In this document: piece by piece, positions 26,342 to 35,745 of the stretch
Layout: each line of letters begins with the position of its first letter
Position numbering within the stretch: the stretch's first letter is position 1
Assembly: GCA_963666055.2 (NCBI GenBank)
Contig: CAXWPH010000007.1
Span: 256,001-320,000 of the forward strand
Reading direction: 5' to 3'
From: Acidobacteriota bacterium
GTDB taxonomy: Bacteria; Acidobacteriota; UBA890; WLXD01
Length of the DNA: 64,000 nt
Position numbers and translations under genes: made by a program
Notes under the pieces: generated by a model
The model's database searches: none
What the model was told of the DNA's origin: nothing
What the model saw: the letters and a program-made list of their open reading frames with translations, nothing else

Positions 26342-29227
26342 CTAGAAGTTCAAGACGAATCCAAGCCGGATGTTGCGCGGGAAGCGGAGGTTTCGGGTCG
26401 CCGCGAAGGCATCTGACGGGTTGTCGTTGAAGGGGTCGTCCTCGGTTTGGACCCTCGTTATGGTACCGGAGTTGAAGACGTTGAACACGTCCGCCATGAC
26501 GCGCAGCTGCGCCCGCCCGATCGGGTACCGCCCCTCGACTCGGAGATCGAGGTTGACCTGCGTCGGAGTGCGCCGGGAGCCGCGTGGCTCGACGAAGACG
26601 CCGCGGTTACGCCCGGTAAAGTCGACATCGCGGAAGCGGAGACTGCGCTGATAGGGCATACCGGACTGGATCCAGAAGAACCCGCCGACCGCGATATGGC
26701 TGCCGATCCGCGCGCTTCCGGTCGCCTTGATGTTGTGCGGCCGGTCGCCTTCTAAGGGGCCGTCCGCGTTGAAGTGGTTGTTGGGGTTTCTCCAGTTACG
26801 CGAGGGTCCGAGCGACGATCCGCGGTTGTTCTCGAACGCGGTGTCGTCGGTGCCCTTGGTGCGGCCGTAGAAGTACGACAGGTTGGCGCTCCAGCCGTCG
26901 GCGAACCGCTTCTCGAAGCTCAGGCCCACGCCGTCGTACCTGCGCGACTGGGTGAAGCCGTTGAAGTCGAACGGCGACAGGATCGGCAGCCGCTCCGGGT
27001 TCGTGTTCAGAAACTCCGATTCGTCTACGTTCGTCTGATCCCACAGCTGGTAGCTCTCCCCGGTACCCGACGGGGTTTGGTTATCGACTCCGGTGAGGTT
27101 TCGGAATATGCCGTTGCCCAGGCGGTAGTCCATGAAGTCCTTGGTGCGTCGGTTGATGTAGGTGAGCTCGACGCCGATCCTTCGGCTCAGCTGGCGCTCG
27201 ATGCCGACGCTGAACTCGTTGAAGTAGCTCATCCGCAGGTTCGGGTCGATCGGCGTGAGGGGCGACTGGAACTCGGTGAACTCGAGCTCGTACTCGTCGC
27301 CGTTCCAGAAGAAGCCCTGGAATATCGACTCTCCCGGCGCCAAGTACATGCTGGTGATGATCTGCGAATAGTACTTACCGAAGTGTCCCTTCAGGGCCGT
27401 CGTACCGTCGCCCAAAAGGTCATAGGTAAGGCCTATACGTGGTGCGAACCCGGTCTTCGGCTTGAAGGGGGTACCGAAATCATCCGTAACCGCCGGAATG
27501 CCGGTGGCGGCACCCCTATCCGTCACTGCCGAGCCCTGCCAGGAAGTAATGCGTACGCCAGGGTTGATCGTCAGGCGATCGCCGCCGAGCGTCCAGGCAT
27601 CCTGCGCGAAGAACGCGATCGTCCGGTTCTTGGGCTGGTCGTTCTGGGACGGCAGCTCGTACTTGTAGAGCGGCTCGCCGGCATAGTCGATGTAGAACGC
27701 CCCGCCGGTATACCCGGTATGGGTGCGCGTCGGATCGCTCGACGACTGGAACCCCGCCTTGAAGTCGTGCGAGCCACCGAGGAACTCGTCGGCGTAGTGA
27801 CTGATCGAGGCGTTCAGCTGGTAGCGGTTCCGGGTGCGATCGAAGAAGAAGCCCGGGCTCCCGGTCAACAGGCCAGTGGCCTCGTCGACGCGACCAGGAG
27901 GCAGAGGATTGCTCAGGTCGGTATCCGGGTTGATGTCCGTCGCGCCCGGATAGTCTGAGCTGGCGTTGGCGGCCAGGCCGGCGTGAATCTCGAGCACCGT
28001 GTCGGGGTTGAAAATGCGCAGGTAGTCGACGAAGTAGGTGTCCCACTTCCCCCACGGCGCGAATACGGCCTCTGGCGCGACAAACAGGTCGGCCGGGTCC
28101 ATTCCGCTCTCGCGCTCATACGCGATGCTCCCCTGCAGCCTGTCCTTTTCCGAAATTTGCCAGGAGAGCTTACCGAACATTGCCCAACGACTGGCGAACC
28201 CCTCGGTGCCGCCCGAGACCTCGGTCGCAAAGTTCGACTTGGAGCGACGATACGAGCCGTAGCCCCAGAGCGTGTTGGCCGCCAGCGGACCACCGATGTC
28301 GATGTGTTGCTGGTTGTTGTTGTTGATGGTCTGGATGAACTGCGGGTCGTCGGAGTTCTGCGAGTTCCAGCCGTTGGCGCGCACGAAGTAATTCGCCGTG
28401 CCCTGCAGCCGCGGTCCACCGGACTTGGTCACCAGGTTCATCACCATGCCGCTGTAGCCACCGACCTCTGCCGGGGCACCGACGCCGCCGAACGAAGCCT
28501 CGGCGACGTTGTCGACATCCATCTGCATCTCGACCTCGCCGCCCTCGGCGGAGTTCACCAGCACGCCGTCGTAGGAGAACTGGGTCCCCTGATTCGTACC
28601 GCCTAGCGCCGACGCGCCCCGACCTGAGGCACCGCCGGAGCTGCGCGTTCTACCGAGGTTGGCACCCGGTGCCATGCCGAGAAAGTCCGACGCACCGCTG
28701 TTGCTGCGGTTGGCCGGCAGCGCATCGAGGTATTCGTTGCTGAACGTGGTGGTGTTGGAGGACGACCCCCTGACATCGACCAACGGCGCCTCACCGGTGA
28801 CCGTGACGGTCTCCGTCACACCGCCGATCTCCATGGTGAAGTTGACCGCCAAGGTGGCACCCATGCTCACCCGGACGTCGTTCTGCTGCATCGGCCCGAA
28901 GCCTTCCAGCGTCGCGTCGACCGTGTAGAGCCCAGGTGGCAGTGCTGGCGCTCTGTAGCGTCCGTCGATTCCGGTGACCATGACGCTCGGCACCATCAGC
29001 ACCGGGCCGGAAACGGCTACCGTCACACCTGGCAATGGTGCGCCGTCAGGATCCGTAATGGTCCCGTTCAGCGTGCCGGAGCGGCCGGTGGCGCCCTGCG
29101 CCATGACGTTCGTCGGTGTGGTCAGCAACAGGACAAGGGCTGCGGTAATGGAAATCAGCCAAACAGCGCGTCGCATGTGAGCTCTCCTCGATGGGGCTGC
29201 GGGCAACGTGAGTGGAGTGTGATTCAC
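26342..29227 (-). CDS. TonB-dependent receptor (Oar-like, N-terminal carboxypeptidase-regulatory domain)
   Basis: GTITDPDGAPLPGVTV, ETVTVTGEAPLVD, NLVTKSGG, FAPRIGLTYDL, DVFNVFN, C-terminal PRNIRLGFVLNF. Start could be ATG 29176. Confidence 0.92.
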   Translation of the reverse strand: MNHTPLTLPAAPSRRAHMRRAVWLISITAALVLLLTTPTNVMAQGATGRSGTLNGTITDPDGAPLPGVTVAVSGPVLMVPSVMVTGIDGRYRAPALPPGLYTVDATLEGFGPMQQNDVRVSMGATLAVNFTMEIGGVTETVTVTGEAPLVDVRGSSSNTTTFSNEYLDALPANRSNSGASDFLGMAPGANLGRTRSSGGASGRGASALGGTNQGTQFSYDGVLVNSAEGGEVEMQMDVDNVAEASFGGVGAPAEVGGYSGMVMNLVTKSGGPRLQGTANYFVRANGWNSQNSDDPQFIQTINNNNQQHIDIGGPLAANTLWGYGSYRRSKSNFATEVSGGTEGFASRWAMFGKLSWQISEKDRLQGSIAYERESGMDPADLFVAPEAVFAPWGKWDTYFVDYLRIFNPDTVLEIHAGLAANASSDYPGATDINPDTDLSNPLPPGRVDEATGLLTGSPGFFFDRTRNRYQLNASISHYADEFLGGSHDFKAGFQSSSDPTRTHTGYTGGAFYIDYAGEPLYKYELPSQNDQPKNRTIAFFAQDAWTLGGDRLTINPGVRITSWQGSAVTDRGAATGIPAVTDDFGTPFKPKTGFAPRIGLTYDLLGDGTTALKGHFGKYYSQIITSMYLAPGESIFQGFFWNGDEYELEFTEFQSPLTPIDPNLRMSYFNEFSVGIERQLSRRIGVELTYINRRTKDFMDYRLGNGIFRNLTGVDNQTPSGTGESYQLWDQTNVDESEFLNTNPERLPILSPFDFNGFTQSRRYDGVGLSFEKRFADGWSANLSYFYGRTKGTDDTAFENNRGSSLGPSRNWRNPNNHFNADGPLEGDRPHNIKATGSARIGSHIAVGGFFWIQSGMPYQRSLRFRDVDFTGRNRGVFVEPRGSRRTPTQVNLDLRVEGRYPIGRAQLRVMADVFNVFNSGTITRVQTEDDPFNDNPSDAFAATRNLRFPRNIRLGFVLNF

Positions 29228-30000
29228 GGGGTTCCGTCTCGGGCGTGCCGGTCGCCCGGATTCTCGGAGTCCTTTGCCGACGCGGCGGTCGGCTCGGGCT
29301 CCATCGGCAGGTTATCGCCGGCCGGACGCATTCTAGCGTAGGGCCAGCTGTTGGTCTGATAGTCGTGATAGGTCTTCGAACGGTTCTCCTTCAGCACCTC
29401 TATGGCACGCTCAATGCTGCCGGCTTCGATAGCGTCGAGTATCTGGTCGTGCTGCTCGATCGACTCGGTCCACTCGCTGATATGCGAGAACGCCCAGATC
29501 TCCAGGCTCTTCACCTTGGAGCGGAGCTCGTCGAGCATACGCAGCAAGCGATCATTGCTCGAGCCGGCCGACAGGAGGTGGTGAAACTCGTGGTTTACAG
29601 CGATGCCAGCCTTGATGTCCTGTTCGGCGAACGCGGCGCGATAGCTCCGGTTCACTTCCCGAAGCTCCTCCAGAGCGTCGGCGTCGAGCCGCGGGAACGA
29701 CTCCTCTGCGGCCAGCACCTCGAGCGCGCACATGATCGGGTAGAACTCGGCGAGGTCGGCGGCAGATTCCTCGGGCACCCGAAAGCCACGATGGGGAATG
29801 CGCTCGAGAAACCCTTCGGACGCAAGACGACCCAGCGCTTCTCGCACCGGCGTGCGGCTGACCTGCAGTCGCGCGCTCACGTCTTGTTCCCGAATGAATT
29901 CACCAGGCTTCAGGCTCGCGGCCAACACGCGATCTCGGAGGATCTGATAGACCTGATCGGTCAGCGTAGCGGTACGCAGGAGCGGCCAAGTCTCACTCAA
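29224..30000 (-). CDS. GntR-family (FadR/FCD) transcriptional regulator
   Basis: LTDQVYQILRDRV...VSRTPVREALGRLASEG winged HTH and FCD NHEFH...EQHDQI. Likely TTG start at 30000. Confidence 0.93.
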   Translation of the reverse strand: MSETWPLLRTATLTDQVYQILRDRVLAASLKPGEFIREQDVSARLQVSRTPVREALGRLASEGFLERIPHRGFRVPEESAADLAEFYPIMCALEVLAAEESFPRLDADALEELREVNRSYRAAFAEQDIKAGIAVNHEFHHLLSAGSSNDRLLRMLDELRSKVKSLEIWAFSHISEWTESIEQHDQILDAIEAGSIERAIEVLKENRSKTYHDYQTNSWPYARMRPAGDNLPMEPEPTAASAKDSENPGDRHARDGTP

Positions 30001-30011
30001 TAACTGCCCAT

Positions 30012-30042
30012 AGTGTATGGAATATTGTATGCAGTATTCGAT
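30012..30042. promoter_or_regulatory. AT-rich promoter/operator of gntR (tandem TGTAT boxes, -10 TACACT on the minus strand)
   Basis: AGTGTATGGAATATTGTATGCAGTATTCGAT directly upstream of gntR. Resembles GntR GT-N-AC type boxes and recurs elsewhere in the window. Confidence 0.6.
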
Positions 30043-30264
30043 TGGCCGTAAAGCTAACGAATCCATACATCTCATGTAAAGGGCTGTGGCCCGAAATCTT
30101 GACGATATTCCGACGATTGCTGACGATGCGCGCGTGCAGCTAGCGCCGCATGTAGAGGAGTGTGGCCCCTTCCGTCGTCACAGCCTGTTGCATACTGACT
30201 ACGGTGACACTGGTGGACTGGAACGGTCCGGCGAACCTAAAGCATGGCGGGGATCAATCTTCGA

Positions 30265-31194
30265 ATGGCGGTCAGAATCGGCGTCGTCGGCTGGGGAGAG
30301 ATCGCGCGCCGACACGCCGATCAGCTGCAACGCGCCGGGGCGCGCTTGGCGGGGGTTGTGGCGCGGCGGCGTCCCGTAGATCTAGAGGTGCCGTGGTTCG
30401 AATCGATCGAGCAGCTGCTGCCACACGTCGACGGCGTAACCATCGCGGTGCCCAACCACCTTCACGCCAGCAACTGTCTTGCCGCCGTACGGGCCGGGCG
30501 AGCCGTCATGGTCGAGAAGCCCTTGTTGATATCCGCCGCCGAGCTCGGCGACCTCGAACGGGTGCTGCCGCATGTCGACGTGCCCGTTCACGTCGGCTTT
30601 CGCCTGCGCTGGAACTCACTGCTCGGGGACCTGCGCGACACCCTACGGAACGCCCGACGGATCGAGTGCTCGTACACACTCGGAATCAACGAGCTCGCCG
30701 CCGGCAAGGACTGGACCCGACGCCAAGACCGCACCGGCGGCGCGTTCTTCACGCTGGGCGTCCACGTGCTCGATCTGGCCCGCTGGCTGAGTCGTGCCAA
30801 CGGTGAGCCGATGGCCGATCTGCGCGCCCGCGCCGACGGGTTGGGCGAAGGGGCCGACTACCCGCTCCGTGCCACCATCAGCGGGCACATTCACGGCATA
30901 CAGCTGCAAGCAACAACCGACACCCGCGGCGACCAGCCGTATCGACTCGACGTGCGCGCCTGGCACCACGACGGCTCAGCACCGCACCACATCTCGCTCG
31001 ACGAAGCCCACGAAGTGATCGAATACGGCGCCTTGCTGCGCGATTTCGTGGAAGCAACGGCGACGGGCCGTGTCGATCAACAGGCGGTAACCGAATACCT
31101 GCAGACGCATCGCGAGCTGCTGCACGCCCGCGAGCTGGCCGCGAACCCCGATTCTGCTGTCGCCCCGGGGAACGGCGGAGACCCGGCGTCGTAA
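30265..31194 (+). CDS. Gfo/Idh/MocA family oxidoreductase
   Basis: RIGVVGWGEIA, AVPNHLH, VMVEKPL, GGAFFTLGVHVLD. Confidence 0.88.
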   Translation: MAVRIGVVGWGEIARRHADQLQRAGARLAGVVARRRPVDLEVPWFESIEQLLPHVDGVTIAVPNHLHASNCLAAVRAGRAVMVEKPLLISAAELGDLERVLPHVDVPVHVGFRLRWNSLLGDLRDTLRNARRIECSYTLGINELAAGKDWTRRQDRTGGAFFTLGVHVLDLARWLSRANGEPMADLRARADGLGEGADYPLRATISGHIHGIQLQATTDTRGDQPYRLDVRAWHHDGSAPHHISLDEAHEVIEYGALLRDFVEATATGRVDQQAVTEYLQTHRELLHARELAANPDSAVAPGNGGDPAS

Positions 31195-32648
31195 TGACCC
31201 GAGTATGGCGTGCGATCGGTGGCGCGACGATGCTCGCTATTGTCGTGCTCAGCGCCGCTGCAACCGCGCCGGCCAGCTGGGCCGAGCAAGGGGACTCGCG
31301 ACTGGGGGCGGCGCGACGAGCTGTTCTCGACGGTCGAGTCGAGGAGGCGCTCGAATTGCTCGCCAGGCTGGCGAGCGAGCGCCCCGAATCGGGAGAGGTG
31401 GCGCTGTGGCTGGGTCACGCATTGCGACGATCGGGCGATCCGCGCGGCGCGGCGCAGCAGTACGTTCAGGCGATGCGGCTCGACCCGGCGAATGCCGGGG
31501 CGCTCGTTGCGCTGGGTGACATGCAGTCGGACGCTGGCGACCTGGCGAGCGCGCTCGACTACTACGAACAGGCGATCGTGGCGGCCCCGGACTTTCCGCG
31601 CGGCTACCGGAAGGCCGCCGGGATCGAGGTGCAGATGGTGCTGCACCGCAACGCCATCGAACACTTGAGCCAGTACCTCGAGATGCGCCCCGGCGATGTC
31701 GTGGCGATGAGCCTGCTCGGGATGGAGCAGTACCTGGACGAGGATATCGACGGTGCGATCGCCACCCTGGAACGCGTCGTCGAGCTGGACCCGGATCACG
31801 TCAAAGGCCACTTCGGGCTCGGAATGGCGCTGGCGGATCGACCCGCGGAGTACGAACGCGCCTTGACGCACCTGGGCACGGCCGCCGGCGGCGATCCCGA
31901 CAACGCCATGGTGCACTATCTGATCGGGCGGATCCGTGCATCGCGGGGAGAGCTCGAGCCGGCCCTGGAAGCGCTGCGCGCCAGCCTGGCGATCGACTCC
32001 GAGCAGCCCGATGCGCACTACCAGATCGCGCTGGTTTACGCACGTTTGAGCGACCGGGAGGCCGCCCGCGTCCACCAGGCGCGATTCCAAGAGCTGTCGC
32101 GGGCACGCGACGACGAGGAAGAGCTCCAACGGCGAATCGGGCTACTCACGGAAGCCGCCGGAGTGGCGATCGCTGCCGAAGACCTAGCCGAGGTGCGCGC
32201 GGCGGCCGAGGTGCTGGCGCAACTGGTGCCCGACGACTTGGATGTCCTCATGGTGCAAGCTCGCATGGCGCTGGCTGGCGGTGAACCGAGCACCGGGTTG
32301 CGCGCCACCGACCGCGCGCTGGAGCTCTATCCCGACCACTGGGAGGCTCACTACCTGCGCGGGCTATTGCTACACCGCACCGGCCGCTTCGCCGACGCGC
32401 TCGGTTTCCTCGAGCGAGCGGTCGAGCTGAACTCGATGTACGGGCCCGGCTACGCCGCACTGGGCAACGCCTTCATGGCACTGGCGGAGCCCGCGGCGGC
32501 ATTGGACACTTATCAGTCGGCGGTGACCCTGCAGCCGACGACGCCAGCTCACTATCTGAATCTGGCCACCGTCTACGGGGCACTCGGACAGGGCGAGCTC
32601 GAGGCCCGAGCTCTAGCCACCTACCGCCGTTTGCTAGCCGAGCAATAG
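31194..32648 (+). CDS. Secreted TPR-repeat protein
   Basis: Signal peptide and more than 8 TPR-like repeats. TAATG coupling to the upstream gene. Confidence 0.85.
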   Translation: MTRVWRAIGGATMLAIVVLSAAATAPASWAEQGDSRLGAARRAVLDGRVEEALELLARLASERPESGEVALWLGHALRRSGDPRGAAQQYVQAMRLDPANAGALVALGDMQSDAGDLASALDYYEQAIVAAPDFPRGYRKAAGIEVQMVLHRNAIEHLSQYLEMRPGDVVAMSLLGMEQYLDEDIDGAIATLERVVELDPDHVKGHFGLGMALADRPAEYERALTHLGTAAGGDPDNAMVHYLIGRIRASRGELEPALEALRASLAIDSEQPDAHYQIALVYARLSDREAARVHQARFQELSRARDDEEELQRRIGLLTEAAGVAIAAEDLAEVRAAAEVLAQLVPDDLDVLMVQARMALAGGEPSTGLRATDRALELYPDHWEAHYLRGLLLHRTGRFADALGFLERAVELNSMYGPGYAALGNAFMALAEPAAALDTYQSAVTLQPTTPAHYLNLATVYGALGQGELEARALATYRRLLAEQ

Positions 32649-32750
32649 CGCCGACTGCGGCTGGCGGGGCGGGTTGGTCGCTGGTCGAACTGCGGCTGCC
32701 GGGAACGGTGATCTTGCACCCTGGCGTCACGTGCCCGATGCTTGGAGCAG

Positions 32751-32782
<32 letters not shown>

Positions 32783-32865
32783 ACGATCGAGACAGCCGCC
32801 ACGGGGCCGCGAGGCAGGAAGCTCGCCGCCTGGCCGCGGCTGAGATACGCACGTAGTGCGAAGGG

Positions 32866-33399
32866 CCGCGACGAGAGGCGCTCGGTCGACTCGCGTCCGA
32901 GGGATTCCTGGAACGCATCGCGCACCGCGGCTTCCGCGTACCCGAGGAATCGATCACCGATCTGCTGGAGCTGTATCCGATTCTCGGTACGCTCGAGGCC
33001 CTCGCCGGCAGAGAGTCGTTTCCCCGGCTCGACGAAGCGGATATCGTCGAGCTACACGAGATCAACCGCGATTACGCGGCCGCCGCGAAGCGTGAAGACT
33101 ACCGGACGGGCATCGACCTGAACGATCGGTTCCACCACGTGCTGTCTCGCCGCTCACAGAACACGCGGCTCGAGGCGATGCTCGATGAGCTCCGCATGAC
33201 GGTCCGTCGCCTGGAGACCTGGACGTTCACCACCCATCGGCGGGACTGGACACGCTCGATTGCCGATCACGCCGAGATCCTCATGGCGGTCGAGGCACGC
33301 GACTTCGAGGCGGCCACCGAGACTCTACGGCGCAACCGACTCATGACCTACCGTCAGTTCCGCGACTCCAACCTCGCAACGCCGCAACAGAGCGACTGA
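32866..33399 (+). pseudogene. 5'-truncated GntR/FCD regulator, paralog of 29224-30000
   Basis: REALGRLASEGFLERIAHRGFRVPEES...NDRFHH...RRNRLMTY aligns with the intact GntR. In-frame TAG at 32854-32856, and the first ~45 aa and the start codon are missing. Confidence 0.85.
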
Positions 33400-33418
33400 C
33401 ACGCTCGGTCGTCGGAGG

Positions 33419-35116
33419 CTACCTAGCAGGCCGTGGTAGAAGTGTGGCGGGCCTGGCGGCCGGGTGCCCTATCGAGTCGAGCCACGCCTCGGCATGACCG
33501 TAGAGCCGCCCGTAGTAGTCAGCGAAACCGGCGGCGGTGAGCGGCTCCCATACATCAGGGACGGCGGGATTGCCCTCGAGAATCTCGCCGTTGGGCCGAA
33601 TCGTGTGCCCGATGCTCCACATGAAGCCGATCACCGGTTGATCGGTGCCCGGAAACACGAGCTCCTCTTGCCACTCCCAGGTGTTGGAGTATCCGCCTGC
33701 CGGCATGCCGATGATCGGACCGAGATCGTTGTCCGCGACGATGGAGTTGAACTGATCTAGATGGGAGCCTCCGTGCGGTCCGCTGATGACCACCAGCGGG
33801 CCGGTGAAGTGCAGCGCCGCAGGCTCGAGCACCCCGTTGGAGTCTTTCGGTGCGTGCGCCAGCTTGAAGGGTACCGGCACCGTCGTCGTGTCGCCGCGCG
33901 CCAGCCCCGCGATGACGTCGTTCTGCAGCCAATCCAGCAGCCAGGTTCCGTCATCGATCGTCTCGGGGGAGCTGCCCTCGAGCAGCGCCCGTGCGTCGAG
34001 CTCGGCCCGCTTGACCGCAATGAACGGCTCGATCACGTCGGACAGACGCAGCGTGCCGAAGGTGGTCTTGAATGCCCGCGGCTGCAGTCGTTGCAGGGCG
34101 TACGGGCCAAGCGAGCCACCTCGACTTCGCGTCACATCGACGATCAGCGCGTCGTCGAGCCAGCCTTCCTGCTCGGCTCGGGCCACCAGCGTGTCAACGT
34201 CTTCGACCAGCGTGGCTCCGAAGCCCCACCACACCAGGATGGCGATCTTGCGCCCGTCCTCGGACCGCAACAGATCATAGGTCGGCGTGCTGCCGACCCG
34301 AGTGAATCCGACGTACGCTGGCTCGGCGAGGTCGCGCCATGCCAACGCCTCGGGGTCGTGGTAGCCGAGGGTGACAGAGTAGAAGCGGCCGTCGCCATCC
34401 TCCAGCATCAGCAGCAACTCCTCATCGACGAGGGTGGGGTGCAGCACGCCGGTTCGCCGCGGGATGGTGCTGGCGATCTCCCAGCGAAGGCCGGCGGCAC
34501 TGGAGTAAGGAATGTACGGCGTGGCGAGCTCGACGTACTCGGAAATGTGCAGGCCGTTGATCTGCACAATCCGATCGCCGGGGGTGATGCGAAGCGCCGC
34601 TTCGTAGCCATCAGCGATGTCGCCGACGAAGTAATCCCGGGATCGGTGGCTGTAGTCGGGGAACACGCGGATCGGCGCCTGCCTCGGGGTCGCCGTCTCC
34701 AACTCGCCCATGGTGGGGAACCCATCGGTGAGCTCCGGCGAGAGCCCCCCGGGGACGAGCATCACCGACAGATGCCGATCGCGGCGCGCCGCGCTCAGCC
34801 GCGCCAGCGCGTAGAAGAGCTCGCTCTCGGTCTCCGCCCCGACCACCGCGTCGCGCTCGCCGCGCATGGCGCGGATGGGATCGAAGTCGAGCGCACCGTT
34901 CTTGATCGGCGAGAGCGCCTCCCGATCCCTGGTCTTGGAGATAATCGCACTGAAAAGCGCCGTGCGTTGCTCTGCAGTGCCGACCGCTGACGTCAGCGCT
35001 GAGCAGCCGGATGCGCTCAGCGCACCGGCGAGCGCGACGATGAGGCAGTGTCGGGCGACAGGCAACGGTGCGTTCACCTCCGCATCGTACTGTCGCGCGT
35101 GGCGCGGCGTCGACAT
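33419..35116 (-). CDS. Lipoprotein with PDZ-like and S41/tail-specific-protease-like domains
   Basis: Lipobox ASGC, PGDRIVQING, LIVDVTRSRGG, FTGPLVVISGPHGGS, ILEGNPAVPD. Start estimated at MSTPR. Confidence 0.7.
   Translation of the reverse strand: MSTPRHARQYDAEVNAPLPVARHCLIVALAGALSASGCSALTSAVGTAEQRTALFSAIISKTRDREALSPIKNGALDFDPIRAMRGERDAVVGAETESELFYALARLSAARRDRHLSVMLVPGGLSPELTDGFPTMGELETATPRQAPIRVFPDYSHRSRDYFVGDIADGYEAALRITPGDRIVQINGLHISEYVELATPYIPYSSAAGLRWEIASTIPRRTGVLHPTLVDEELLLMLEDGDGRFYSVTLGYHDPEALAWRDLAEPAYVGFTRVGSTPTYDLLRSEDGRKIAILVWWGFGATLVEDVDTLVARAEQEGWLDDALIVDVTRSRGGSLGPYALQRLQPRAFKTTFGTLRLSDVIEPFIAVKRAELDARALLEGSSPETIDDGTWLLDWLQNDVIAGLARGDTTTVPVPFKLAHAPKDSNGVLEPAALHFTGPLVVISGPHGGSHLDQFNSIVADNDLGPIIGMPAGGYSNTWEWQEELVFPGTDQPVIGFMWSIGHTIRPNGEILEGNPAVPDVWEPLTAAGFADYYGRLYGHAEAWLDSIGHPAARPATLLPRPAR
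33423..33465 (+). repeat. CTAG repeat end overlapping the 3' end of the S41-like gene
   Basis: CTAGCAGGCCGTGGTAGAAGTGTGGCGGGCCTGGCG, a close match to the element TIR. Confidence 0.85.
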
Positions 35117-35130
35117 GGCGTACCCTCGAT

Positions 35131-35210
35131 CTAGCAAGCCGTGGTGGAAGTATGGCGCGCCTGGCGACAGGGTCTTGCGAGGCAGACGCGAGAACGACAA
35201 GGAGGAGCGA
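35131..35210 (+). repeat. Partial CTAG repeat between divergent genes
   Basis: CTAGCAAGCCGTGGTGGAAGTATGGCGCGCCTGGCGACAGGGTCTTGCGA aligns with the reverse complement of ~12285-12362. Confidence 0.85.
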
Positions 35211-35214
35211 CCTG

Positions 35215-35745
35215 GTGGACGAGGCGAGTCTGGAACGCACACCCGGCGGCACGGTTGCCACTAGCGACGGCTGGTTCGTGTTGCACACCTCTGACGCTCC
35301 CTGGATGCGCAGCGCGCGCTTCGGAGCCGGTTGCCGCTTCGAGGGCCAGGTACGGTTCCCGCAAGTCGGCATCAACCTTCGAGTCCTGGAGCCCGGAACG
35401 CCCGCCTGCCTCTACCACCGCGAGAACGCCCAGGAGGACTTCTTCGTCATCTCCGGCGAGGGCACACTCCTCGTCGAAGAGCAGGAACGGCCCCTACGAG
35501 CCGGCGACTTCGTTCACTGCCCCGCCGAGACGAACCATGTGCTCGTCGGCGCCGGCGACGGCCCCTGCGTGATCCTGATGATCGGCTACCGGCCCGATCA
35601 GGAGAAGCTCTGCTACCCGGTGAGCGCAGCCGCCGCCAAGTACGGTGGCTCGGTGGCCAAGGAAACTCCGAGCCAGAAGGAAGCGTACGGTGCGATGGAC
35701 ATCGAGCCCATTGCGCCCATGTGGCCACTCTATGGGGCGGACTGA
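35215..35745 (+). CDS. Cupin domain protein
   Basis: LYHRENAQEDFFVISGEG, GDFVHCPAETNHVLVGAG. GTG 35215 with AAGGAGG 9 nt upstream. Confidence 0.85.
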   Translation: MDEASLERTPGGTVATSDGWFVLHTSDAPWMRSARFGAGCRFEGQVRFPQVGINLRVLEPGTPACLYHRENAQEDFFVISGEGTLLVEEQERPLRAGDFVHCPAETNHVLVGAGDGPCVILMIGYRPDQEKLCYPVSAAAAKYGGSVAKETPSQKEAYGAMDIEPIAPMWPLYGAD

